A stretch of 58,664 nt of DNA, taken from an uncultured Candidatus Poseidoniales archaeon. Lineage in GTDB: Archaea > Thermoplasmatota > Poseidoniia > Poseidoniales > Thalassarchaeaceae. The translations under genes were made by a program, and so were the position numbers. Below, one piece after another: positions 1 to 10,541 of the stretch (position 1 is its first letter; each line of letters starts with the position of its first letter). The notes under the pieces were generated by a model. That model was given only the letters and a program-made list of their open reading frames with translations. It searched no databases and was not told the origin of the DNA. The stretch is taken from NCBI GenBank assembly GCA_902573085.1, contig CACGHY010000004.1, positions 1 through 58,664 on the forward strand, in the 5' to 3' direction.

Positions 1-302
1 ACCTTCCCAATAGAGGCAGATTGTCTAGAGAGATAGAAGACCGTCCCTCCCTCATGAGCCTTCATTGCCATGGCATCCAGTGCGGTGTCTAGGACTCTAT
101 TTTCCCTTAGGATAGATAGAAGACCATCAATAGACTGAATTTCTGCAGAAATGATCTCAGAACTTCTTTTTACGGGAAATGAGGATCTCCCTGGGTAATT
201 ACTAGGTTCCCAGTCAGGAAAAATCGACCTTACAGAGTCTCTGACCTTATCTGGATCGTCATGACTTCGGATTAATGTAGAAACACGCACCTTGGGATCC
301 AT
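1..302 (-). CDS. UPF0201/DUF54-like putative RNA-binding protein (runs off the window edge)
   Basis: Hand translation from ATG at 302: MDPKVRVSTLIRSHDDPDKVRDSVRSIFP...LRENRVLDTALDAM...FYLSRQSASIGK, open to the window edge; resembles the DUF54 pattern (EDxEKV...IFP, ILDTAR, LxKQAA). Not in the ORF track. Confidence 0.65.
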   Translation of the reverse strand, partial: MDPKVRVSTLIRSHDDPDKVRDSVRSIFPDWEPSNYPGRSSFPVKRSSEIISAEIQSIDGLLSILRENRVLDTALDAMAMKAHEGGTVFYLSRQSASIGK

Positions 303-391
303 ACACTTCCGAATTGCTGAGCATTAATAGTGATAACCAGACCTGTCCATTTATCACGAAAATTCAAACCATTTCTAACTCACGTTTGTAC

Positions 392-1150
392 ATGGTCCAA
401 CGTTCTGGCCTAGTCTCACTAGCACTAATTATGATTCCAAATATCATTGTAATTGCATTTAGAACCCTTTCTCCTGAACTAGATGAAGCGCTTGCAAATG
501 ACAATTTAGGGCAAATCCTGACTCATTTATTCGCTACGGTAATTGGGATAATTCTAGCCTTTAGGTACTCCCGAGTGCATGATCACGAATTCCGTCGCTC
601 CAAGGCCATAGATGCCCTGTCTAGAACCTACAAATTGGAAGATAAGGGGCTCTGGGAAAAGGGGGAAGTAGCTATCCAGAGGCTGGAGGCGAGGGCGCAT
701 TCCGACTTCAAAGGTAGAAAGGCATCACGCTCGAGGATGAGAATGCAAGGAAATATAGGGCAACTCAACAGAGAATTGGAAGAATTAGAGCACAATGAGG
801 ATGACTCCGAATATTCTGTTTCTGTGGACGGAATTGAAATCACCCAGGAAAAAAAGGGGGAGCAAAAAATGCCCGAGAAATCTCTTTTCCAATTAATAGC
901 AAATTTCTTATCTTCTTTGGTCGATAAATCAGCAAACAAAAGAGCGGAAAAGCATAATCAAGAAGTAAAGAAAAAACAATCCATTACGAAAGAGAGAATC
1001 GATGATTTTCAATCGTTTAGCTCTGCTGGAGGCTCTCAGTGGGTAATTCCAGATGGTACACAAAGGAAAACAAGGTTCTGTAACTCATGCTCTACATATA
1101 ATGACGCAGTTTCAGATTATTGCACATCATGTGGTTCTTTCATGGGTTGA
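392..1150 (+). CDS. Hypothetical membrane protein with C-terminal zinc ribbon
   Basis: Two N-terminal hydrophobic helices; C-terminal CxxC-x10-CxxC (CNSC...CTSC); start moved to MVQRSG. Confidence 0.65.
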   Translation: MVQRSGLVSLALIMIPNIIVIAFRTLSPELDEALANDNLGQILTHLFATVIGIILAFRYSRVHDHEFRRSKAIDALSRTYKLEDKGLWEKGEVAIQRLEARAHSDFKGRKASRSRMRMQGNIGQLNRELEELEHNEDDSEYSVSVDGIEITQEKKGEQKMPEKSLFQLIANFLSSLVDKSANKRAEKHNQEVKKKQSITKERIDDFQSFSSAGGSQWVIPDGTQRKTRFCNSCSTYNDAVSDYCTSCGSFMG

Positions 1151-1195
1151 TGGGGAACGGTTGATATGACTCCTTTCGAGGCCAAAGTCAGACCT

Positions 1196-2338
1196 ATGTC
1201 TGGTAAGCGAGACTATTACGATGTTCTTGGCATTTCCAAGGATGCTTCTGAGGATCAAATAAAACAGTCATTCCGTTCATTGGCTAGAAAATACCACCCT
1301 GACAAGAACCCGGATAACCCTGAGGCAGAATCTATGTTTAAGGAGATCCAAGAGGCATATGCAATACTTTCCAATCCAGAAGAAAGGAGGAAGTACGATG
1401 TCTTTGGGCACGAAAGACCGGGAGGATCACCATTCGGATCTCGTGGCTTCCAGGGCGTAGATATCAATTTCGATGACCTTTTCGGAGGAGGGTTTGAATC
1501 TATTTTCAGTCAATTCTTCGGTGGTCAGCAGCAAGACAGATCGCGTGGATCCGACCTATTGGTCAGACATTCAGTCCCATTTCAGGCTGCGATGGATGGT
1601 ATGGATGATGATTTAGAAATTGAGGTATTGAAGAATTGCCCTTCATGTAATGGCTCCGGATCTAATATCGAAGGCGGATCTAGAACTTGCCCCTCTTGCG
1701 AGGGAAGGGGTAGGATAGATGAGATTTCGATGATAGGTCCATTCAGACAGCGAGTAAGGAAGGATTGCGCACCATGCAGGGGTTCCGGGAGGCTTGTCAC
1801 AGACCCCTGCTCCGAATGCAACGGAGATGGTAGGTCACTGCAGTCATTTCAGGTAAAATTCTCTGTCAGCCCGGGAATCACATCTGGCAATCGTCTTAGA
1901 ATGCGCGGACAGGGAGAAGCTCCAAACTCTCAAAACGGACATCCAGGAGATTTATACATCGAGATAGAGGTACAAAAACACCAATGGTTCGAAAGAGATG
2001 GGGCGGATCTTCTAATGGCACTTCCGCTGAGTTTCGCCGATCTAACACTGGGCACTACAGTAGAGATTCCCCACATCGATTCTGAAAATCTGTCAATAAA
2101 GGTCCCCCCTAGCTCTAATCCTGGTGAAACAATCACCATTCATGGGAGGGGCTTGCCATTCAATGGAGACTCTCTCAGAAGAGGATCAGTTACTGTAGTT
2201 CTAAGACTACAATCGCCAAAAAAGACTACTCGTTCTCTCAAGAATAAAATCAAAGAAATCAGAGCTGAACTTGAAGATTCAATTCCTCCGATAGAAGAGA
2301 GAATTAGGGATGAAGCCAACTCTAGAAGGAGCCGTTAG
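1196..2338 (+). CDS. dnaJ: Chaperone DnaJ
   Basis: J domain with KRDYY and HPD, G/F-rich region, four CxxCxGxG repeats, C-terminal substrate-binding domain. Confidence 0.96.
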   Translation: MSGKRDYYDVLGISKDASEDQIKQSFRSLARKYHPDKNPDNPEAESMFKEIQEAYAILSNPEERRKYDVFGHERPGGSPFGSRGFQGVDINFDDLFGGGFESIFSQFFGGQQQDRSRGSDLLVRHSVPFQAAMDGMDDDLEIEVLKNCPSCNGSGSNIEGGSRTCPSCEGRGRIDEISMIGPFRQRVRKDCAPCRGSGRLVTDPCSECNGDGRSLQSFQVKFSVSPGITSGNRLRMRGQGEAPNSQNGHPGDLYIEIEVQKHQWFERDGADLLMALPLSFADLTLGTTVEIPHIDSENLSIKVPPSSNPGETITIHGRGLPFNGDSLRRGSVTVVLRLQSPKKTTRSLKNKIKEIRAELEDSIPPIEERIRDEANSRRSR

Positions 2339-2340
2339 AG

Positions 2341-3441
2341 TCATTCTTCCTCCATTGCTATGGTCTTTGCCGGAACCGCTGCAATCGGGGCCCCCTCAAG
2401 AATTCCTGAGATGTGTATTGCTGCCTCCGGAGCTTTACCAAACACTTCTAACCGAACAAAGGTAGTAGTTCCCTCTTCCAGGTTTCCAAGGTATATTTCA
2501 TCATCCTGAAACATCATTTCAGGAACGACGCTGTCAATTTTTATGGGCTCACCAAGTGGAGTATTGATCCTAATCGCCGCCATTTCCCATTTCGACCGGT
2601 CTGTTTTTATTCCTATTAGAAATGATCCAGAACCCCTCTTCACTCGCCACAATGAAATATCTACATTGTCCGTGAAATGTCTTATTTCTGGTTTTCCGAA
2701 CTCTTCAGAAATTGCATTCCAAGAATCTCCACCCAAGGTTGAAAGTGCTTCATTAATTTCTTCAATATCCAAGCTACTCCTATCGGCAGAGAATCTTTGC
2801 CTCAGTAAACTCAAAACCTGTAACTCACTTTCATCCAATTCACTACTTCCAAAGGACGATGTTAGGATATTTTCCCTATTCCACCATATAACTACCAGCA
2901 TTGGAAGGATCAGGAACAAACCAGCGAATACATAGAAAGGAGCGAACATCCAAGCCAGATTAACATACTCTCCCGATTCATCGAAGTTTCCCATGTTCCT
3001 AATGATAAATCGATAATCCACTTCCTCCTCGTAACTTCCTAGCCTCTCAAGTCTTATTGCATGGAATCCTTGATCAAGTGTAATCTCGCCCATGTTTTCA
3101 TTTGCATACTCTTCTATCGACCAAGTACTTTGATTGAGCCTCTGTATGCTAATGCTCACCGAGTCGTTACCAGACACAGAGAATCTAATTGTTGTCCAGT
3201 TTGAAGATGAAATCTCAATAGCATACAGATCTACGGAGTCATTCAATTCGAAGGTTCCTAGGATGGTAGAATTATTTTCTGGCACTATAATCCAATTGTC
3301 CCCTACTCCTTCTGAACCCCATATTGTATCAGGCGAGTCTAAGTCCTCTTCAATCAGAAACTCCGATTCAGCAAAAACACCCTTTGTCAAGGAAATCATC
3401 GCAAATATTGCTAAAGAAATCGCGAGATTCCGGCCCTCCAT
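2341..3441 (-). CDS. Hypothetical secreted/membrane protein (signal peptide, PPC-like acidic domain, one TM helix)
   Basis: N-terminal signal peptide, D-x-V-D-L-Y-x-I beta-domain pattern, central hydrophobic helix. Confidence 0.6.
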   Translation of the reverse strand: MEGRNLAISLAIFAMISLTKGVFAESEFLIEEDLDSPDTIWGSEGVGDNWIIVPENNSTILGTFELNDSVDLYAIEISSSNWTTIRFSVSGNDSVSISIQRLNQSTWSIEEYANENMGEITLDQGFHAIRLERLGSYEEEVDYRFIIRNMGNFDESGEYVNLAWMFAPFYVFAGLFLILPMLVVIWWNRENILTSSFGSSELDESELQVLSLLRQRFSADRSSLDIEEINEALSTLGGDSWNAISEEFGKPEIRHFTDNVDISLWRVKRGSGSFLIGIKTDRSKWEMAAIRINTPLGEPIKIDSVVPEMMFQDDEIYLGNLEEGTTTFVRLEVFGKAPEAAIHISGILEGAPIAAVPAKTIAMEEE

Positions 3442-3503
3442 TGTTATCGCGAGAACGACTAGGCCTTAGAATCCTTCAAGCGAAATGCTTCCATCGACAG
3501 CCG

Positions 3504-5282
3504 ATGGAAGAGCGGCCCCTAGCTAGGAGCACTATCTCCAGAGATAGGTTCTCCAGACTATTCTCTATTGGAGACAGGAATTCTCCCGAATCATATTCTC
3601 CATGCCTTATCATCGGCGAAAATGACCCTGAATTGCCAATTTCCATCGCTCCGTTGAATCTGAAATTAGATAGCTCTGTGATTCCGTCTTCAATGGAAAT
3701 ATCTACACGTGCAAAATTATGCTACCCATTCGATAGAAAAGACACATGGACAGCTTCTCAGGGCTTATCCCTTCCACCCAGCCTAATTGACTCAAACTCT
3801 GGCGAATTCCCTTCTGGAACCGAGTTTTTGCCTGTAACTTGGAGCTCATTGCACCATGACCCATCCTTGCTAAAAACGATCTTCCAGCCATCCATAATTG
3901 CGTTAATGGACGCCCCACAGCTTTCGAATAATACTGGATTGATTGAAAAAGCACTCTTTACCATCAGAACCCACTTCCCATCCTCATTGATTTGGGCCCC
4001 AGGGATATCAGGACCTGACAATTGCGCCCTACTTTCTTGGATGGGGGTAGACATTTTTGATCTGGCAAGATCCAGACAAGCCTCATCGCTTGGCGTACTA
4101 CTTACTGAATCCGGACCAAGACTTCCCGAGGCTTCAACCAAGGAGGACTGTTCAATGGTCTCCCAATGTCAAATGTGGACACAATCAATTTCATCCACTA
4201 GGTCTGCAATTAGGGCAGGTTCATTGAGGGAGTTAGCAGAACTACAGAGTAAATCTAGTCCTAGGTCCGTGGAGCATCTTAGGCGACACGATCAACTTAC
4301 ACTCGAGAAGTCCGAGAAACTTGGTATGACACAAAGCTCTGTACAGTTTGGAACACAATTACGATGTCACTCATTCGAAAGTAGGAACGATGTAACAATC
4401 CGTCTTTGGAGGGAGCAGATTTCAGAGAAATATGAGCCCCCTACGAGAATGAGAGACGTTTTGGTATTACTTCCTTGTTCTGCCAAGAAACCATACAGGC
4501 TATCAAAAAGTCACTCCAGATTTAGGAAATCAATAGGTAATCGTAGAGTGCATGAGATCATGGTCACATCCCCTCTGGGATTAGTTCCTAGAGAATTGGA
4601 GGATATTTGGCCTGCTGCACACTACGACATCCCTGTAACGGGAGATTGGGATGAAGATGAACTATCGATAATCAGACAGATGCTAAGTAGACTTGTTGAA
4701 AGGGTAGGCTACTCTTCTATTGTAAATCACTCTGGGATAGAAACTGGCTTAGATGGAATAAATGAAATCGATACTAGGAAGGGAGAATCGGCGGGGTCAA
4801 AGGACTCCCTAGGTAGACTGAAGGAGGCCGTATCTTCCTCGTTCGGAAATGAGTCTGGGGAATTAGATTTCAGCCCTAGGGAGGAGAAGATGAAATCTAT
4901 TTCTAGGTTCAAATTAGGCTCCGATGAATGGCTAGAAGGTTGTCAGATACGTGGGAGGCCACCAATATTCACAATCTTGAGAAATGGAGAACAGATGGCA
5001 AAATGGGACCCTCGAAGGGGTAGGTTCCTATTCTCAAAGGCCAGCCTCAAGAATCTGTGGAGCCTTGGTATACTTAGGAAAGTAGAACTTATTCCTGGAA
5101 TTGAGTGGACGGGGGATATCTTCCCGAACATGATTGAGGATTATGACGCCTCTATCCTTATTGGTGACGAATTGGCTGTAATTCAGGATGGTGAACTAAT
5201 GGGCTCTGCCAGGGCAGTTGCACCAGGGTGGGAATGGCCATTTGGTCCAGGAAAACTAGCAAAGTCGAGACACAGGCTTTGA
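3504..5282 (+). CDS. arcS: Archaeosine synthase subunit alpha (TGT-like + DUF5591 + PUA)
   Basis: LLSWMGVDIFD TGT-like segment, LLPCSAKKPY, TSPLGLVPRELE..WPAAHYDIPVTGDW, C-terminal PUA-like domain. Confidence 0.88.
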   Translation: MEERPLARSTISRDRFSRLFSIGDRNSPESYSPCLIIGENDPELPISIAPLNLKLDSSVIPSSMEISTRAKLCYPFDRKDTWTASQGLSLPPSLIDSNSGEFPSGTEFLPVTWSSLHHDPSLLKTIFQPSIIALMDAPQLSNNTGLIEKALFTIRTHFPSSLIWAPGISGPDNCALLSWMGVDIFDLARSRQASSLGVLLTESGPRLPEASTKEDCSMVSQCQMWTQSISSTRSAIRAGSLRELAELQSKSSPRSVEHLRRHDQLTLEKSEKLGMTQSSVQFGTQLRCHSFESRNDVTIRLWREQISEKYEPPTRMRDVLVLLPCSAKKPYRLSKSHSRFRKSIGNRRVHEIMVTSPLGLVPRELEDIWPAAHYDIPVTGDWDEDELSIIRQMLSRLVERVGYSSIVNHSGIETGLDGINEIDTRKGESAGSKDSLGRLKEAVSSSFGNESGELDFSPREEKMKSISRFKLGSDEWLEGCQIRGRPPIFTILRNGEQMAKWDPRRGRFLFSKASLKNLWSLGILRKVELIPGIEWTGDIFPNMIEDYDASILIGDELAVIQDGELMGSARAVAPGWEWPFGPGKLAKSRHRL

Positions 5283-5355
5283 TCCAATATCAATGCCATC
5301 CACGGCGTAGCGGTTAAAGAGGGACAGCAGGTCGCCGGGCTCCTGAGGAATACAA

Positions 5356-5811
5356 TTGTCTAGGATGCACAGTAAGGGAAAGGGAGCCAGCGGTTCCAGA
5401 AAACCCCATTCTCAAACTCCTCCAGAGTGGTCAAATTATGATAAGAAGGAAGTCGAGGAACTAATTCTTCAACTCTCCGAAGAAGGAAACTCAAACGCAT
5501 CAATTGGCACAATCCTCAGGGATAAACATGGAGTTCCTAACGTAAGACTGGTGACCGGAGAAAGAATATCTCAAACTCTGGAGAGAATGGGCAAGTCCGG
5601 AAAGCTCCCGGAAGATCTCATGAGCCTGATGAGAAGAGCCCTGAGATTGATTGACCACCTCTCTCAGAATTCCAAGGATATCCATAATAGAAGGCAGCTA
5701 GAACTGTGTGAATCCAAGATTAGACGTCTTTCTAGATATTACAGGGAGAACAACCAGATTGACTCAGAATGGACCTACAAGAGGGACCAGCTAAGGCTAA
5801 TGGTCGAGTAA
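5356..5811 (+). CDS. rps15: 30S ribosomal protein S15 (uS15)
   Basis: MSRMHSKGKGASGS, IGTILRD, LPEDL, ESKIRRLSRYY; TTG start with GAGG upstream. Confidence 0.97.
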   Translation: MSRMHSKGKGASGSRKPHSQTPPEWSNYDKKEVEELILQLSEEGNSNASIGTILRDKHGVPNVRLVTGERISQTLERMGKSGKLPEDLMSLMRRALRLIDHLSQNSKDIHNRRQLELCESKIRRLSRYYRENNQIDSEWTYKRDQLRLMVE

Positions 5812-5848
5812 TCACTAGAGATTTGTACTCCCTCTCTACCGAGGTATT

Positions 5849-6694
5849 GTGAGAGATATATCGGAGCTCGACGTTTTCTCTTCTGTTAGGGAACCATTTC
5901 GTAACTTCGCTGGAGAAGTTTGTAACAGAAAGAAGAAGATAGTCCTAATTTCTGAAGCAAATATCAGAGGGGCATTAACTCTAGCTCCCATCGAGGCTGC
6001 ACTTCTTGATTCGGGACTTCCTTACCGTAGGAGATTCACAGATCAAAGTCCAGATTCAGAGACATTTGTCCGCGTCGCCGAAGACTCAGGTAAAGGAAGA
6101 CCCTCGAATAATGGGATTGTAATCTCCGAGTTCGTTGTTGAGGGACTTAGGGGTAGTTCCGGAGATTCCAGAAAGGGCCCACTATGCACTGTAGCACAAG
6201 CGCATTTTCTAGCTACTGAGATCAATCCAAGCAGTGAAAGGCTCAGAAGGTTAAGGCCTTGGATCCTGTCAGGGAATTTGATTGGCGACTCACTTGATAG
6301 GGGATACGATCCAGTTTATTCCTTCCTCCGAGACTATCTTTCTGAACAAGGAGTAATCAAGGTAGTTCCTGTGACTGAGGTAAAATCTCCGGAATCTGGT
6401 AATTACCCTTGGATTGAAGAGGCTGAACTATGGAGAGTAACTGATCTTTGGCAAGATTCCAATTTAGAAAAAAAAGAACTAATAATGGGAGAACTGGCTA
6501 TGCCAATTTTCAATTCAAAAGTCCCATCAACGTCTAGAGTCGAGGAACTTCTCTGGCATTGCGTAGTTGCTCCAAATTGGGAATCTGATCTATCATCTCA
6601 GATTTTCAGGGCTAAGTCATTTTGGGATACAAAAAAGCCCATAGAAGCAGCCAACGAGATTGCAGATTTGCTTGTCTCAATAGGACAGATATGA
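5849..6694 (+). CDS. Degenerate RecJ/DHH-family-like protein (probably inactive)
   Basis: IVLISEANIRGALTLAPIEAALLDSGLPYRRRF matches the spacing of DHH motif I; sits directly after rps15, where archaeal RecJ-like genes often lie. Confidence 0.55.
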   Translation: MRDISELDVFSSVREPFRNFAGEVCNRKKKIVLISEANIRGALTLAPIEAALLDSGLPYRRRFTDQSPDSETFVRVAEDSGKGRPSNNGIVISEFVVEGLRGSSGDSRKGPLCTVAQAHFLATEINPSSERLRRLRPWILSGNLIGDSLDRGYDPVYSFLRDYLSEQGVIKVVPVTEVKSPESGNYPWIEEAELWRVTDLWQDSNLEKKELIMGELAMPIFNSKVPSTSRVEELLWHCVVAPNWESDLSSQIFRAKSFWDTKKPIEAANEIADLLVSIGQI

Positions 6695-8720
6695 CTATTC
6701 GATCCTCAGGGTACTTTCACATGCAGGGCAATCAATCCTCAGTGGCCGAATATCTGACTCGACAGGAACTTTCTTTCCACACGAAGGACATCTAACCATT
6801 CCGCCCTTATTCGAATTTCTCTGAACCCCAGAATCTTCAACAACCGGAGAAATTACTGAAGCAGGGAAAACAAGGAGTATGCTGGAACTAACTACCCCTA
6901 GAACTATTGGCATAGGTAAACCGAACCAGTAAATGGATAGCGATAGAACGCCCAAAACTCCAATCATAATCATACTTGGTGCTCTTGTCCTCCTCCTAGT
7001 CAGAGCCATACCAATTCCCAGTGCCAAGCAAAGAGCAAACACTGAAATCATTGCTGATATCAGTGGACTGAAGAGAAGGGCGTTTTCGGCCCCAAACTCC
7101 ATTCTGAAGTCTGTATCGGATTCGATATCGGAACTCTCCATAGTGATTATTTCCATCAATATCCACCTCCTATGGCTATAGTCTATCTCTTCATTGTCTA
7201 GGTATATCCCTCCAAAGCCAGAAAGCATTCCTGTTCTTATCTCAAATGAGAGTCCCACCTTATCCCAGAAATCATATCCCCCCGGCCTCACAAAATCCTC
7301 AATCAGTGCTTGTCTGGAGCCACTATCGGAGACATAGTATGTCGACGAAACTCTTAATGAAATAGAGTCTGAATTAAATGCTCTAGAAGCCCCTAGATCT
7401 ATGCTAATCTCAAGAGGGCCAAAGTCGACTGGATCCACTCCAAAAACAGCTTCTGGGTCAATCATCAAGCCACTGGAAAGGAATGATTTCAGATCGGACT
7501 TCGAACCTCTTAGATGGGTTTCTAGAGAAGACAGCTCTGAGTTATCCACTCTCCCGTTCTGCTTCTCCGAAGAGCTAACCTGATCTGAAAATGTGTTCAG
7601 ATTTCTCCACCAACTGTTTGATCCCAGGCTCTTATTCCCTATATTGTCTAGTCCCCACCTCATCCATTGAGACATAGCACCGTCGAACGATATGATCGTC
7701 TTTCTCTCGATCGAGTTGCCGTCATATTTGCAGTTGATTTCAACATCAAGTATCGAGCCTCCAGTCCGCGGAGGCTCTTCCTCTGGATACCAACTATTGT
7801 CTCCTGTGTCCTGGCCTAGCGTAATATCGTGAATTTTACTAGCTTCAATCACTAGTGACCCTTGAAGAGATATATGAAAATCCGTCCTAACCGAGCCCCC
7901 CCCCGCTCTCGCTGGGATCCCACACAAATGTGACATCCACCCAGTCTTCATTGGAGTTAACAATCGGACTTTCTGTGATCTCAACATTCTGAACCATTAG
8001 ACCACCAGATGAAGAGGTCCATATCCTGTCGCCGAAGCCAGAACTCAGTCTAACTGGAAAGAAAACAAGGCTTCCCTTAACACTAGCATCACGAATTTCG
8101 ACATTTATTAGCGGGAATGACATGGACATCGCAGCCGGATATTCTTCTGAGCCCCAGTAGAAGCTTATTCCAGACTCACTTCCCGGATTTGAAAAAATCA
8201 AACTTCTGACTGAAAATGTAATTTCGATTTTGTCATCTTTGGAGAATTGACCGTCTTGCACCTCTATCGGGATAGAAAGCTCACCCGAATCGCTGACATA
8301 AACTGCCGGGAGCTGTCCCGAGCTTTCGTAGGTATTTCCCCCGACCTTTACTACAACTGTTGCGTTCGCAGAAACCCCGGAAGAGTCCTTCACCTCATAT
8401 GGTATGGTGAAAGTCCATGTCCCCGAAGAATAACTGCCAGATTCCCCCCATATAATCGTCCAAGTACCGATTTCAACTTCCCCAAAAACTGATGAAGTCA
8501 CCTCCATGGACTTTTCCTCCTCTAATTCATTAGAGAATGGGGTCAGTTGCCCACTGTCTGCATCTCCAATCAAGAATAGATCAAATTCATCCGGAGATTC
8601 ACAGCAATCATTGTTCTCTTGGGCATTAGCCATCATGGGAGAAAAAACTACCATTATCATCATCAAGGAAAAAATGACTGCGAATCTTGAACTGGCGGCT
8701 TCCACGTTACTCTGATTCAC
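6695..8720 (-). CDS. Large exported membrane protein with C-terminal zinc ribbon, split by a frameshift at a G9 tract
   Basis: ORFs 7887-8861 and 6695-7987 join in frame (..PSESGGG/SVRTDF..) if one base of the run at 7896-7904 is removed; signal peptide, acidic beta-rich domain, three TM helices, CPSC...CPAC. Confidence 0.7.
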
Positions 8721-8787
8721 ACTGGCCCCTTCAATGCCACGTAAACTTTCAGTGAAAATATGCCGGTTTAAACGCAATTCAACTTTG

Positions 8788-10497
8788 CTAATTATGTAGC
8801 CATAGGAGCCTAGCAAACCCATCTTGAAAACCCTCGAATCTAGCAAAACCGACTCGCTCAAGTTGGTATATTTCTCCCTCTATTAGTTCAAAATTCTCTA
8901 CAACCCCCTTTACCTCATGAATCTCCTCACCTTTGGGTACTGCCAGTATCGCTTCTAGGGACAACCTCTCTGGAATCCAATGTACTATTTTTCGATCATC
9001 GCTCCTCTCAACCGACTCTATGGTCGCAGACGAACCTGAAATTATGATATCGGCGAAGTCTTTCAGTCTCAGCTTTCCTTCAACAAAATCACTATCCTGA
9101 ATTGATACAGTCGTCCCTACTTCCCACGCCCTGGAACCTTCAATTTCTCCATCCGGATGTCTTGCCATCATCACTCTTGAGGGGATATTTTCGGTACTAA
9201 GATCCAGATTTTTCGGATTTGACACGAACACCCTTCTTTCACAATTCCCGTCTATTATTCTAGAATTAAATGACTCCAATGTCTTCAGCGAGATTGAGAT
9301 ATCCTTCTGAGTAAGACCAACTTCTTCCCAAAGCTCTGCTAGAGAGCGAGGATCAAATCCGCGACGCCGCATTGCTCTGAGTGTAGGAAGCCTCGGATCG
9401 TCCCATCCCGAGAATTTACCCGAATCAATGGATGAAGACATCCCAGAGGTAGAGAAACCCCCAAACTCATGGATCTTCACCCTGCCCCAATACAATGGCT
9501 CAGGATATTCCCAACCGAAGTGTTCGTAAAGAATAGTCTGCTTCCTCGTGCTGTCCATCAAATCCTTTCCTCTGATGATGTGGCTTACTCCTTGCAGATG
9601 ATCCTCAATGGCGCTTTGGAAATCTAAGAGAGGCCAGACCTTGTACGTGTCGCCAACTATAGGATGCGGGGCATGCTGAATCCTTAGTGCGGGCCAGTCT
9701 CTCAAAGCGGGATTCGGCAGATCCATTTCGGTCTTTACCCTAACAACAGCTCTCCCCTCATCAATCTCTCCAGAGTTCATTTTGCTCCAATCGTCCATGT
9801 TCTGCTGGACCAACTTATCTCTACATGGACATTCAGTCTTTGAAACTCTGTACTCACGAAAATCCTCAGCAGTACATTCGCAAACATAGCCAAAACCCCC
9901 AATCAACATCTTCTCAGCGTGTTGGAGATATATTGGCATCCGTTCGCTAGCTCTAATCACAACATCTGCAGCCTTTCCTGTCATCCATTCGAACTCTTCT
10001 TCTATCCAAGCATAGGCATCAATAATTGGAGGTTTTACCTTAGTATCGGTATCGTCAAACCTGAGTACTATTTTGCCTTGGTATTTGTCTGCGTACAGGG
10101 AATTAATAGTCACTCCTCTTGAATGTCCTATGGTTAAAGGGCCATTGGGATTGGGAGCGAATCTCAGGATTACTTCTGATGTATTTCCTGGAAGATCCCT
10201 CAAACCCTCATTTTTCTTATGCCTCTCCCTATCTAGGGCCTCTGGAGCCAAACTCTCCAACTCTTTACGAACCCCTTCGATTCCATCTTCACGAGCTATA
10301 GAATTAGCCCTTGTGACCTCTTTCTCTACAAACGGTAGCAGGCTCTTGACACGGGTTCTCAGTTGTTCTCTCTCTGCAAGAACTCTACCTAGAACGCTTC
10401 CAGACTGCCCTTTGCCGCTGTACTCTATAGCGTTCTGTAATGCATACTTGCGAACTGCTTCCCGATCTTCCAGACCGAAAACTTCCTCGTCAGTCAT
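8788..10497 (-). CDS. gltX: Glutamate--tRNA ligase (archaeal type)
   Basis: RFAPNPNGPLTIGH (HIGH), LRFDDTD, HIIRGKD, FSTS (KMSKS-like), GWDDPRLPT, QLERVGF. Confidence 0.97.
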   Translation of the reverse strand: MTDEEVFGLEDREAVRKYALQNAIEYSGKGQSGSVLGRVLAEREQLRTRVKSLLPFVEKEVTRANSIAREDGIEGVRKELESLAPEALDRERHKKNEGLRDLPGNTSEVILRFAPNPNGPLTIGHSRGVTINSLYADKYQGKIVLRFDDTDTKVKPPIIDAYAWIEEEFEWMTGKAADVVIRASERMPIYLQHAEKMLIGGFGYVCECTAEDFREYRVSKTECPCRDKLVQQNMDDWSKMNSGEIDEGRAVVRVKTEMDLPNPALRDWPALRIQHAPHPIVGDTYKVWPLLDFQSAIEDHLQGVSHIIRGKDLMDSTRKQTILYEHFGWEYPEPLYWGRVKIHEFGGFSTSGMSSSIDSGKFSGWDDPRLPTLRAMRRRGFDPRSLAELWEEVGLTQKDISISLKTLESFNSRIIDGNCERRVFVSNPKNLDLSTENIPSRVMMARHPDGEIEGSRAWEVGTTVSIQDSDFVEGKLRLKDFADIIISGSSATIESVERSDDRKIVHWIPERLSLEAILAVPKGEEIHEVKGVVENFELIEGEIYQLERVGFARFEGFQDGFARLLWLHN

Positions 10498-10541
10498 ATT
10501 TTACATCAGAACCAGACATTGGTTACATTTCACCATTCTTA

